Of a stretch of 64,000 nucleotides of DNA, positions 40,900 to 53,280 are shown piece after piece. Each line of letters begins with the position of its first letter. Positions within the stretch are counted from its first letter, which is position 1. The stretch covers positions 120,466,001 through 120,530,000 of the forward strand of contig NC_042997.1 of NCBI RefSeq assembly GCF_006345805.1. Direction: 5' to 3'. This DNA comes from Octopus sinensis. Taxonomy: Eukaryota. Below the pieces are notes generated by a model. It was not told the origin of the DNA, did not search any database, and worked only from the letters and a program-made list of their open reading frames with translations. The position numbers and the translations under genes were made by a program.

Positions 40900-41330
40900 T
40901 GTGGTGTGTACAGTCGTTGAGAAGAGATATAAGTTTGTTACGTGTTAGGATTTTGTTTTTGTAGTGTTATAACACTGTTACAGTTTAGTCTGTAGTCTGT
41001 ATCAAAAGTCAAGGATATAATAATGGTGACGAGACACTCCAATTTACAATCGACTTTCTTAGCATGGAAGAATTAGTAGCTTCCGTGGTACTTTTGCAAC
41101 GGCACCAAAACAAAAACAGCAACAGCAGTAACAGTTGCAACGGCAAGTACAGCAGCAACAAGACCAACATAAACTACAACAACTGGTACAACAGCAACAA
41201 CAACAACAGTGAAATCAACAGCTGTTGGAATTATTGTTGCAGTCCAAAAAAACACTTCAGGTTCGTTTTTGGCAGACGGCGTTGTTGATTCAATTGAAGA
41301 AGAATGCCAAAGGATTATAAATTTCCGACA
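40900..41330 (+). mobile_element. Possible Gypsy remnant: LTR end, PBS-like site and gag start
   Basis: TGGTGACGAG at ~41034 follows an LTR-like stretch; then MEELVASVVLL, a Q-rich tract and SFLADGVVDSI, resembling K02A2.6-type gag N-termini. Confidence 0.4.
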
Positions 41331-43953
41331 GAACGTAGAAATAATTCAAAAAATTATTCAAATATACATACGTGTCGACTAGTAACAGATAAGAAAAAAG
41401 AAGAAAAAAAAGAAAACAGCGGTCAAGACCCAAATCATGCTATGGGTGTGGAGAAATATATTTTGAATGAAACTGCCCTTTTAAAAATATAAATTGTTTT
41501 GGATGCGTGAAAATCAGACAGAAGAATTCAGATTGTTTGATAAAACGAAAAAGGTGGAACGAAGAAAATTCGAGAAAAAAAAAGTATTGTCAACACAAAT
41601 ACAAACACGCACAAAAAAGAATATCTCTCTCCATGAAAATAAATAATGTGAACATGAGACTACGCTGGACAGAGGTAGTGATATCACGAAAATTAACGCT
41701 GATACGTGGAGAAAAATAGGAAAGCCTAGATTGCAGGGGGTGCGTATCTGTCTAGGCCTACTATGAAACGGAAGATTGACTGACTATGTTTGACAGCTTA
41801 TGTTAAGAATGTAACATAGTTGGTCATTCTCCTACATCGTAGTTGGCCTCGACAGAACATTCCTGCTGTATGCTTGGATATTCTTTGGTTTTGTAAAATA
41901 ATTTCTCATCTGATGATTACGGTGTTTTATAAATGTAATAATGTTCTTATTCCTCTATTAAAAATTTAGGTAAGAAACAGCTGTAGTGAGCTGACAGTTA
42001 TCAACCGTAAGTTATTATTCATTTGATTATGTGTGTGTGTGTGTATTTATAACAACGTTGTTTTCAGATTTTAACCGTGCTTTGGCATTATGTAATCAGA
42101 AATTGAAGCGATTGCAGCTGCTGTGTGGCATTTCCATTTCCCAAACAAGATGGATCTCTACTCTGTTAATACATTAGCATTTATTTAGCTGACAAAGTAA
42201 AAGTTAAGCAGTGAAACTCATCGTGTAATCAGTGTTGCTTGCAGTAAAAATCTGATCGCCCACACTACAGCAAACGCATAGTGAGTTATGACACCTATGA
42301 TATACGTCACTGTTTGTATAGCAAATATAAATGTAACTGTTTTATAGTAGTCAGGAGACTAAATGACGTCTGTAAGATGATATTGGATTGGGTTCGGATT
42401 GCATTGATAACTTGCAACTCATTATAAAACACATCGAGTCAATTCCATTAATATATAGTAAGGAATATGGTGACAGCTAATAGAAAAGACTTTTATGCAA
42501 GTCGCAGCACACTGATATATAATATTTGGACAGTTCTCAACTACTTTTTGTTGGTATTATTATTGCACTGTTCTCTAACTAAATTGCTTTGCATTATAAA
42601 CAGTAAAGTTAGGTTTAATTACTATTGAAAATTTTAACACATATATAATTTATATAATCCACACTTCTTAAAATATTTCTCCTTATAAGATTCGAATTTT
42701 GACCTTCCTGGGAAAATATATTTTATTTTCTCGCTTTGAATATTTCTATTTATTCTATTAATTTATATGCAAAATTTCAATTCCTTCACGCAAATGTGTT
42801 TCTTTAAACCTTCATGAAAATCCGAAGTTAATTGTTATTTACCTCTCCGATAGAAATATGATTTAATCATGAGAAGCCTATTAGGATAATAATGAACAGG
42901 GTGAAGTCATATGAGATCTTCGTAGCAATAGCAAGTAGCTCTTGCTTTAGATGTCGTATTTCGATAAACAGAACATTGAAAGAATATTAACCGATTATAT
43001 TTAATAGTTAATAACAGCCACGTAATGCCTGTCAATTTCAATTTCTCCATAGATTGTTTATAGATACATTGCTTCTTATATTTCATTATTTCTGCGAGGT
43101 AATTAGAAGCTTTCGGATAAAAAAGAAGCAACATCCCCGCGTTACCCCATTATCATCCCCAATTAATTCAGTGATTGCGTTTAACTTTGGGCTATTATAG
43201 TGAACTTTTTTCAAAATTCAAAACTTCATATAGTAATAAAACAGTCATAAAGAATATTATCTTTTCCTTTCTTTTACTCATTAGCGAAAATTTAATTAAT
43301 CTATTTCTCTCTGGCTGTAAATGTGCGTGACTATTAAATCACACCGGTGGGAATATTAAGAATGTTTTTCCTCCCAAATTACAATGATTTCCTGTGATTT
43401 CTAATAATTTGCTATTTGCTGATAATACACACAGAATAAAAGGTGATGTAATGAAAGAATATTATCCAATATCGTTGCTTTCAAAGGCTTTAAGCTAACC
43501 AATATTACATCGCTAATGTAGATCTCATCATTAAATATTACAATAATTACATGTAACGACATATTCTTTTGAGGAATTCGCCCATTACAGCTGCCAATCA
43601 ATATTATTTATGAGGTCAAAAGTTTATGCCGAGATGATTTGGACTCTACATAAAATGTTGTTTGTTTGCGAGTTTGATAATTCTTCATTGTGGAAAAATT
43701 CTATTTTCTTTCTTCCTTTCTTTTATTATATTATTTATTTATCTATTTATTTATTTTTGCAGCATCAAATGGACCGGTATGAATGCAACAATTTCAAGGC
43801 TTTAAATCAAGTACATCGTCCTCTGTATTTATCGATCTTAATTCAACGATTTTAAATTAAACCTGTGGAGCTAATTCATAACTGTTATTTACACTAATTT
43901 TTCCACTAGTTGACAAAGCATAACTCATTTACAAGCGAGCCCAAAAAGCGTCA

Positions 43954-43988
<35 letters not shown>

Positions 43989-45019
43989 GCTTTCAATTTC
44001 TGTTTCGTTCTTCCTCTCTCTCTCTTTCTCTGTATGTTTGTGTGTATCTGTGTATGTGTTTGTGTGCGTTTTTTCATTCATTTTTATTTCAAGATTTCTT
44101 GCAAATAGGGAAAGATCTGCTTTCTATCCTAGATTCAAGGCTATTTCTTCGGAATTTCAACATCAACAGGGTATTTTAGTATGTATATCTGTATGTATGC
44201 ATGCATATGTGAGGATTTATATGTTTTTTATGTATATATTCTTATGCATACAGTTGCTACCTAGATATGCCCGTATATAACGTATTTCATGGCCTCAACA
44301 TTTTTCTAACCCAAAACGGCTTTAAAATCCCCGTGTGTCCAATGCACTCAATGTAGGCTCAAAACCCGCGACAATTGCCCGAAATTATACATCATAGGTC
44401 ACATAGTTTTAGCCTAGTAGACTAGCCTAACTCTCTATGATATTGCAATAGCCTATTTTTTTCAAAAAAGCATTAGATCATTATTATTATTATTTATCAT
44501 CATCACGATTACCATTGCTATAATTATTATATATATTGTTATTATCGATATTTTATTACCCGATATCTGTAACGGCGTCTTAAACGCTTTACATATTTGT
44601 TTACAAAACGTGTGCTGCCATCTATTGAACCACCAATTGGTAGCAACGCTGAAACTTCCTAATTATTGACAAAGTCAGGTCATATTTTACCTTTTCATAC
44701 GTGTATAAACAATTCACGAGAAAAATAATTCACGAAAGATTGATTTTCAAAAATATTAATTTTGCTATTATCTAGTGTAACTATTTAAAAAAATGATAAT
44801 AACAGAATCAATAATATAGGCGATTGCAGGACCAAACATGCATTAAATAGCTGAGGGATTACAATTAATCAAAGGACATACAAAGTTTGTCTACCTGCTA
44901 GAACTAGTAGTCAAGACTTATTTAAATCGACAAAATACACTGAAGGTAATTGCAGAAAGTAACCGAAGGAAAGTGGGGTTAAGACAATCTCCCAACGTAC
45001 ATTTAAGTATTCGGATTCC

Positions 45020-45069
45020 CGTGGACCGGTTTCTGCACTGGCAAAAATAGACTTAGCTTCTTCAGCATG
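45020..45069 (-). ncRNA. Minimal type I hammerhead motif, left arm
   Basis: catg-CTGAAGA-agc...gca-GAAA-CCG-GTC-cacg. Confidence 0.6.
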
Positions 45070-45235
45070 CGTTACCATGATAGAGACGTCCAACCTATCG
45101 TTTTCATTATATTATTGATTCTGTTATTATGATTTTTGAAAATGTTATACTACATAATAACAGAATTAAGAATAGCTTCCCAAATTGATTTTTCGTGAAT
45201 TAATTTTCTTCTTTGAAGTCTCTATCATGGTAACG

Positions 45236-45284
45236 CGTGCTGAAGAGGCTAAGGCTATTTTACCAATGCAGAAACCGGTCCACG
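45236..45284 (+). ncRNA. Minimal type I hammerhead motif with canonical core
   Basis: CGTG-CTGAAGA-(24 nt)-GAAA-CCG-GTC-CACG: stem I CGTG/CACG, palindromic stem III ACCGGT, GUC triplet at 45278-45280; stem II closure is weak. Confidence 0.72.
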
Positions 45285-45458
45285 TGAATCAAAATATTTA
45301 AATATACGATGGGAGATTGTCTTAACATGATTTGTCTTCTGTTGATTTCTGTAGTTATTTTCAGTGTATTTGTTGATATATATATACAAGTATCTGACTG
45401 TTATATCCAGCACGTAGACGTAGTATTTACTTTAATTAATTTTAATACACACACACAG

Positions 45459-45531
<73 letters not shown>

Positions 45532-45638
45532 ATATCTATATATATGTATATATATATATATACATATATTTATGCATATATATATATATACATATATTTA
45601 TGCATATATATATATATACATACATACACACACACACA

Positions 45639-45691
<53 letters not shown>

Positions 45692-45960
45692 TTATGTATA
45701 TAGATGTAAGTACATAAATTATTAGCGACAGAGTTAGTATTAGTTGTGAAAGTCAATATATATATTCAACTTTACGAGGATATCTTTGTTTTAGCAGGTC
45801 GAGTACTGCGCTATTAGCCTTGAGAGAACTTCAAATATAGAGTATTGGTGCACAAAAGTACGCTGATAGATCGTAGGAGAAGGAAATCACCTGTTATTGG
45901 TGCCAGGACTCCCACATTATGTGATTTCACTTTACTGATCATCAGCATTGTGAGGTGAGT

Positions 45961-46196
45961 ACTCTTTTACTCTTTTACTTGTTTCAGTTATTTGACTGTG
46001 GCCATGCTGGAGCACCACCTTTACTCGAGGAAATCGACCCCAGGACTTATTCTTTGTAAGCCTAGTACTTATTCTATCGGGGTATTTCCCAGAACCGCTA
46101 AGTTATGGGGACGTAAACACACCAGCATCGGTTGTCAAGCGATGTTGGGGGGACAAACACAAACACACAACATATACACACACACATACAATGTGT

Positions 46197-46200
<4 letters not shown>
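45961..46200 (-). mobile_element. SINE family B, 3' half (left flank of the PLE insertion)
   Basis: actcttttactcttttacttgtttcagt...ggacaaacac, then (CA)/(TA). Confidence 0.9.
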
Positions 46201-46235
<35 letters not shown>

Positions 46236-46239
<4 letters not shown>

Positions 46240-48942
46240 GGGTGAAAAGGAACACACGAGTTGATATATATGAAAAAACAGTAAAAAATAGAAAATGCTA
46301 AAATAATTTTATAGTGAACATTTCAGTACCGGTTTCGGTCATTTTGAGACCTTTTCAACTGTAACGATTAAATAATTAAATTTAGAAAATTAGAAGAAAA
46401 GTTTTTTTAAAAGAATATTTATAGTAGTGTTCAGATTTAAGTGGCATTCTGCCTTTCTCTGACTCCCTTGTTTGCACTTGTGTGTTCGAGGTAGTTGTGA
46501 GCTCTTGGTAGGGTAGTAGAGAGAAGGCTGGTGAGGAAAGGGGGGTGGGAGAATCTGGGAGTGCCCTGATGGTCGTATTTTGAATGGTCAGTGGCGGCTG
46601 GCAGTCTCAGTTCAATTCAGGAGAATATTTATATTGACAGGCTTCTTTATAGAATTAGCGTAGGTGTTATACTAAAAAACATTAGTGACAACTTAAGGGG
46701 TAGAGGTGGAGAAGAAGAAGAAGAAGAAGAAGAAGGAGAAGGAGAAGGAGAAGATGACGATGATGGTGATGGTGGTGATGATTATGACGACGATGATGAT
46801 GATAACGATGATGATGAAGAAGAAGAAGAAGAAGAGGAGGAGAAGGAGAAGATGGTGGTGATGATGGTGGCGATGATGATGATGCCGATGATGATGATAA
46901 CGATGATGATGAAGAAGAAGAGGAAGAAGAGAAGAAGAAAAAACAGAGAAGGAGAATATGAATGTAAATATAGCTATGAAGGGGCTGATTATTAATGGAT
47001 TCTATTGAGTGTAGTATTTGTGTGTGTATATATATTTTTTTCTTTTATTCTAAAGTTGAGGTATATTAATTGTTTGTCGTAGACCCGTTAAGAAGTGGCT
47101 TGTATTTTGTAATAAGAGATTTTCTTTACTTATTCGTTGTCTCGAGGTTGTATCGTCCCTAAATTGGTAGAGGGGGAAAATTCTGAAGTTTGGTGTTTTT
47201 TTGTTGGCGCAAGTATCTATGTGTTGGCTAAAAGCTATTTTTCTTTTTTGGGAATTTTTATCTGGGATCTGTGCAGGGCCATTCGTTTACGCAAACCATT
47301 TTTTGTTTGGCCTATGTACTGCTCTTGACACCCGGAGCAGGTTAGTGGAGTATATTAGGTTCTCCGAAGCACATGTGAAGTTGCTTTTCACTGTAAAACT
47401 TTGTCCCTGTTTGAAGGAGAACTCAGAACCCTCGATTAGATAGTCGCATATCCCGCAATTGGGTCTTCCACATTTTTTTACTGTCGGCTTCTTCTGTTTG
47501 AAGAGTGAATTCGGGCTTGTGTAAGGAGACTTTTCATGGATCTAGGCTGTCTTTTGCTTTTTATGATCGTGTGTGTTTGGAGGATTGTGTTCATTCTGTG
47601 GTCTTTTTTTAGGAGGGGTATGTTGTGGAGGATGGTGTCGAAGGCTTCGTTATTGAGAGGGTTGTGTGTGGAGATGTATGGTAAGGCTTTTGGTTGTAAG
47701 TTTTTCTTTGATTTGGGATGTCTCAGTTCCTTGATGTTAAGTTGAAGGGGGCACGTTGAATGCATTTGTCAATAAGTGAAGGTGGATAGTTCCTGGTGAT
47801 TAGGGTATCTTTTGGTTCTTGTAGTCGTGTGTCTCTGGTGTTTGCATTAGAGACTATAGTGCATATCCTTTTTGCTAGATTGAAGGGGATATTCATCCTG
47901 GTGTGTCTGGGGTGGCATGAATTGAATGGAAGATATTGCTTAGAGTCTGTAGGCTTATAGTATATGTCTGTTTCTATTATATTATTAGCTTTCTTAATGA
48001 GGATATCGAGGAAGGGGAGTTGTTGTTGGCTATATTCCATCGTGAATTGGATGTTTACGTCCAGTCCGTTTAAAAATTTTCTGGAATTCTATGAGTTTTT
48101 TCTATATTTTTATGCCAAAGGATGAACAGTCATCTAGATTCTCTTCCAGTTGTTTTCTATGTAGATGGAGAAAGGGCTGCCATATCTTTCTAGAACCTTA
48201 CGATACAGACTGATCTCTAGGTATCCTATGACTAGGTTGGCAAAGGAGGGGGCCATTCGTGTACCCATCGCAGTCCCGATTTTTGTCGGTAGAAGTTGTC
48301 ATTGAAGGCGAAGAAGTTATTTTCCAGGATGAATTTAACCCCTTCTATCACAAATTCTTTTTTGATGCGGTGTGGTAGTTCGTTGGCGTGATTCTCTAGC
48401 CAGAATTGGATTGCCTCTAGTCCTAGGTTGTGGGGGATATTGGAGTAGAGGTTGACTACATCGAAGGATACCAGTATGGTGTTTGTTTATAGTATTCGGT
48501 AGGTGATTGAGCATATCTAAGTCGTCCCTTATAGCTTTTGACATGTTTGAGGAGTGGTTTAACAGGGTGTCTAAAAGTTACTGAGGCGGTGGGTTTCGCA
48601 TGCGGGACCTGCTATTATGGGTCTCAATTTGAGGTCATTAGGATTAGGGACTTTAATTATTTTTCTGTAGCTATCTTGCATGCGTTGCTTATTTTTTCAC
48701 TTTTGTGGATCTTAGGTATACCGTAGAATTGGCTAGTTTTACTTGTGAATTGGTCATATAATCATATTCTTTGTCGGTTAGCCCTGCTTTGTATGGGTTT
48801 AATATGGATTTTAGTTCCCTCATTATTTTTTGTTGACTGTAGTTTTGTGCCTTTTCATAGTATGTTGTGTCTTCCAGCATAGAAAGTACCAAAGTTATGT
48901 AAAATGTCGTATCCATTAAGACAACAGCACTCCCTTTATCGG
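46236..48942 (-). mobile_element. Penelope-like element, 5'-truncated inverted arm (RT, GIY-YIG, pLTR and a 28-bp extra tail)
   Basis: 46264-48942 is the reverse complement of 50400-53080; translation includes KPTDSKQYLPFNSCHP, CGRPNCGIC, LIY..TCSGCQEQYIGQT. Confidence 0.96.
46322..46364 (-). ncRNA. Minimal type I hammerhead, U3-A8 variant, left arm
   Basis: Exact reverse complement of 52982-53024. Confidence 0.78.
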
Positions 48943-50389
48943 ACCTTGGAAACTTATGCGAAACAATTAGAACATTTTTCTCTAACAACGCTAACCAAGG
49001 ACCTCCAAACGAGTCAATATATGGGATCAATACTCTAACAACATACCAAATGAAACACCACATAATACCACAATGGAACAAATCACTCAGAGATAGAAAG
49101 TTCGCCTTTTGGAAGATGATCCAAACAACAACAAAGCGGATATATACGAAAAATGGCTCAACCGGACCCCGTTAATCCTCCCACGTAAATTCCAGTTCAA
49201 AGCTATTACAGAAGAACCTGAAACACAAAGACACCTCAGGGAGAGAATGGCACTGGGAAAAAATGAAAATGGAAATAGAACTTCTGAAATTGAGAGCCCA
49301 AACGAATGAGGATAAAATAAAATCCACCGATGAAGATATCAACGAAGAAATTCGCAAAATGACCCAAGGCCCAGATCAAGAGAAGTTCTCAAAACTATGG
49401 AAGAGGACTGTGAAAAAGAAGAACTAAAATCTCTCCAACGCTGGAGAAAAGCGCCACTTGGTTCTCAGACTATGAAGCCGTCTTTCAAACAGAGCACGCC
49501 TCCAACAACCCTTTCCAGAAAATAAGAAAACCAAACAACACCCAAACACCGATACACACCTCTCTAAAAATCGGAACCTTCACTACTATCAAAAAAAGAA
49601 TACAGGACCTAACCCTAACTCTGTAAGCAGCCAGCGATACAATATCAGGAATACCCCCACTTCAAGCAGAGAAAGGATAAATCAACACCCACAGCATAGA
49701 CACTGCAACCTCATCCCCACCCAAAGGAGTTACCACGAAATCTTCGTCCCATTAACCGGTAACAACCATGCACAACAAACCCCACCACTTGCAATGATTA
49801 CCAAGGAAGGCCTCCTAGAACACCCACACCCGAATATGGGATATCGGATGCTCTCCTCAATACTGCTCCAAGAACACACACCATAAATCACAACAGGAGA
49901 CCCCTAATCAACAAAGAACAACTATATACTAGCTACCGTCCCCCAACCACCGCATTCATTTTTAGACCCAATACGCAAACACAGAGACACAAGATAGCAC
50001 CAAACAAGCAGGAGGAACCAAAAGTAAAAAAATTATTATCTAACTCACAAGGAACTAACAGCAAACCAAATAAACATACTTTCCAAAGGACCCAAGTTTA
50101 CACCCACCCACAACACCCCAACTACAATGAAATGAAAGAAGACATCGCAGAATTCTGCAGAAAATTAAGACTTACTGAGGAGCTATACGATAAATACAAC
50201 GAGGACGAATCGTTAGCCAGAAATAGGAGTAACTACACCCCCTCGAAAGGTAAGAATAAACACTTGATGATTTCTGTGACCACATATCAAATTACCCATA
50301 TCAACATATGCACAAACAACAACACAAACCAAACTTCAGCAAAAAGAATGGGCTGAGTTGAACAAATTAAAACTAGATAAAACAATAAC

Positions 50390-51720
50390 ATCAAAGAGGC
50401 CGATAAAGGGAGTGCTGTTGTCTTAATGGATACGACATTTTACATAACTTTGGTACTTTCTATGCTGGAAGACACAACATACTATGAAAAGGCACAAACT
50501 ACAGTCAACAAAAAATAATGAGGGAACTAAAATCCATATTAAACCCATACAAAGCAGGGCTAACCGACAAAGAATATGATTATATGACCATTTTCACAAG
50601 TAAAACTAGCCAATTCTACGGTATACCTAAGATCCACAAAAGTGAAAAAATAAGCACCGCATGCAAGATAGCTACAGACAAATAAGTAAAGTCCCTAATC
50701 CTAATGACCTCAATTGAGACCCATAATAGCAGGTCCCGCATGCGAAACCCACCGCTTCAGTAACTTTTTAGACACCCTGTTAAAACCACTCCTCAAACAT
50801 GTCAAAAGCTATATAAGGGACGACTTAGATATGCTCAATCACCTACCGAATACTATAACAAAAACACCATACTGGTATCCTTCGATGTAGTCAACCTCTA
50901 CTCCAATATCCCCCACAACCTAGGACTAGAGGCAATCCAATTCTGGCTAGAGAATCACGCCAACGAACTACCACACCGCATCAAAAAAGAATTTGTGATA
51001 GAAGGGGTTAAATTCATCCTGGAAAATAACTTCTTCGCCTTCAATGACAACTTCTACCGACAAAAATCGGGGACTGCGATGGGTACACGAATGGCCCCCT
51101 CCTTTGCCAACCTAGTCATAGGATACCTAGAGATCAGTCTGTATCGTAAGGTTCTAGAAAGATATGGCAGCCCTTTCTCCATCTACATAGAAAACAACTG
51201 GAAGAGATATCTAGATGACTGTTTCATCCTTTGGCATAAAATATAGAAAACTCATAGAATTCCAGAAAATTTTAAACGGACTGGACGTAAACATCCAATT
51301 CACGATGGAATATAGCCAACAACAACTCCCCTTCCTCGATATCCTCATTAAGAAAGCTAATAATATAATAGAAACAGACATATACTATAAGCCTACAGAC
51401 TCTAAGCATCTTCCATTCAATTCATGCCACCCCAGACACACCAGGATGAATATCCCCTTCAATCTAGCAAAAAGGATATGCACTATAGTCTCTAACGCAA
51501 ACACCAGAGACACACGACTACAAGAACCAAAAGATACCTAATCACCAGGAACTATCCACCTTCACTTATTGACAAATGCATTCAACGTGCCCTTCAACTT
51601 AACATCAAGGAACTGAGACATCCCAAATCAAAGAAAAACTTACAACCAAAAGCCTTACCATACATCTCCACACACAACCCTCTCAATAACGAAGCCTTCG
51701 ACACATCCTCCACAACATAC
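50390..51720 (+). pseudogene. PLE reverse transcriptase, frameshifted
   Basis: ADKGSAVV, PKIHK, RPIIAGP, VSFDVVNLYSNIP, QKSGTAMGTRMAPSFANL, WKRYLDD (YLDD at 51208-51219), LPFLDI, YYKPTD. Confidence 0.96.
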
Positions 51721-51849
51721 CCCTCCTAAAAAAAGACCACAGAATGAACACAATCCTCCAAACACACACGATCATAAAAAGCAAAAGACAGCCTAGATCC
51801 ATGAAAAGTCTCCTTACACAAGCCCGAATTCACTCTTCAACACAGAAGC

Positions 51850-52250
51850 CGACAGTAAAAAAATGTGGAAGACCCAATTGCGGGATATACGACTATCTAA
51901 TCGAGGGTTCTGAGTTCTCCTTCAAACAGGGACAACGTTTTACAGTGAAAAGCAACTTCACATGTGCTTCGGAGAACCTAATATACTCTAACCTGCTCCG
52001 GGTGTCAAGAGCAGTACATAGGCCAAACAAAAATGGTTTGCGTAAACGAATGGCCCTGCACAGATCCCAGATAAAAATTCCCAAAACAGAAAATAGCTTT
52101 AGCCAACACATAGATACTTGCGCCAACAAAAAAACACCAAACTTCAGAATTTTCCCCCTCTACCAATTTAGGGACGATACAACCTCGAGACAACGAATAA
52201 GTAAAGAAAATCTCTTTATTACAAAAACAAGCCGCTTCTTAACGGGTCTA
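51850..52250 (+). pseudogene. PLE GIY-YIG endonuclease, frameshifted
   Basis: KCGRPNCGI..FTCASENLIY / CSGCQEQYIGQT / LRKRMALHRSQIK..SQHIDTC..KENLFI. Confidence 0.93.
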
Positions 52251-52389
52251 CGACAAACAATTAATATACCTCAACTTTAGAATAAAAGAAAAAAATATAT
52301 ATACACACACAAATACTACACTCAATAGAATCCATTACTAATCAGCCCCTTCATAGCTATATTTACATTCATATTCTCCCTTCTCTGTT

Positions 52390-52630
52390 TTTTCTTCTTC
52401 TTCTTCTTCCTCTTCTTCTTCATCATCATCGTTATCATCATCATCGGCATCATCATCATCGCCACCATCATCACCACCATCTTCTCCTTCTCCTCCTTCT
52501 TCTTCTTCTTCTTCTTCATCATCATCGTTATCATCATCATCGTCGTCATAATCATCACCACCATCACCATCATCGTCATCTTCTCCTTCTCCTTCTCCTT
52601 CTTCTTCTTCTTCTTCTTCTTCTTCTTCTT
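52390..52630. repeat. (CTT)n/(CAT)n low-complexity tract in the PLE 3' region, mirrored at 46708-46940
   Basis: Direct; present in both arms. Confidence 0.9.
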
Positions 52631-52981
52631 CTCCACCCTCTACCCTTAAGTTTGTCACTAATGTTTTTTAGTATAACACCTACGCTAATTCTATAAAGAA
52701 GCCTGTCAATATAAATATTCTCCATTCTGAATTGAACTGAGACTGCCAGCCGCCACTGACCATTCAAAATACGACCATCAGGGCACTCAGATTCTCCCAC
52801 CCCCTTTCCTCACCAGCCTTCTCTCTACTACCCTACCAAGAGCTCACAACTACCTCGAACACACAAGTGCAAACAAGGAGTCAGAGAAAGGCAGAATGCC
52901 ACTTAAATCTGAACACTACTATAGAAATATTCTTTTAAAAAAACTTTTCTTCTAATTTTTCTAAATTTAATTATTTAATCG

Positions 52982-53024
52982 TTACAGTTGAAAAGGTCTC
53001 AAAATGACCGAAACCGGTACTGAA
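52982..53024 (+). ncRNA. Minimal type I hammerhead, U3-A8 variant, right arm
   Basis: ttaCAG-TTGAAAA-GGTC tcaaaat GACC-GAAA-CCG-GTA-CTGaa: stem I CAG/CTG, 4-bp stem II, palindromic stem III ACCGGT, GUA triplet at 53017-53019. Confidence 0.8.
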
Positions 53025-53075
53025 ATGTTCACTATAAAATTATTTTAGCATTTTCTATTTTTTACTTGTTTTTTC

Positions 53076-53099
<24 letters not shown>

Positions 53100-53106
<7 letters not shown>

Positions 53107-53280
53107 TCACACACATACATATATACAACGGGCTTCTTTCAGTTTCAAATCCACTCACAAGGCTTTGGTCGGCCTGAGGCTATAGTAGAAGACACTTAAC
53201 CAAGGTGTCACTCAGTGGGTCTGAACCCGGACCCATGTGGTTTGCAAGCAAGCTACTTACCACACAGCCACTCCTACGCC
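53100..53280 (-). mobile_element. SINE family B, 5' half (right flank of the PLE insertion)
   Basis: acgggcttctttcagttt..ccactcacaaggctttggtcggcc...agcaagctacttaccacacagccactcctacgcc continues the SINE broken at ~46200. Confidence 0.9.

Larger units (their letters stand above)
44905..45395. mobile_element. Older inverted pair of pLTR-like copies, each with an HHR
   Basis: 44978-45092 is the reverse complement of 45214-45326 with scattered mismatches, and weaker homology extends outward; 44710-44820 is an inverted copy of the spacer. Confidence 0.75.
48943..53080 (+). mobile_element. Penelope-like element, longer arm (N-terminal region, RT, GIY-YIG, 3' pLTR); Neptune-like
   Basis: N-terminal LSKGPKFTPT..DIAEFCRKLRL, full RT motif series, Cys-rich RT-EN linker, GIY-YIG domain, and a terminal HHR ending in (TA)n. 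Confidence 0.97.

Noticed and set aside
46591-46995. Acidic poly-E/D ORF, mirrored at 52322-52800
   Set aside because: It is the (GAA)/(GAT) low-complexity tract of the PLE 3' region read antisense; there is no evidence of coding.
46236-53080. Palindrome as a fold-back assembly artefact
   Set aside because: The outer flanks are different and are complementary halves of one SINE, the arms carry private variants, and one arm has an extra tail. Read-level confirmation is still needed.
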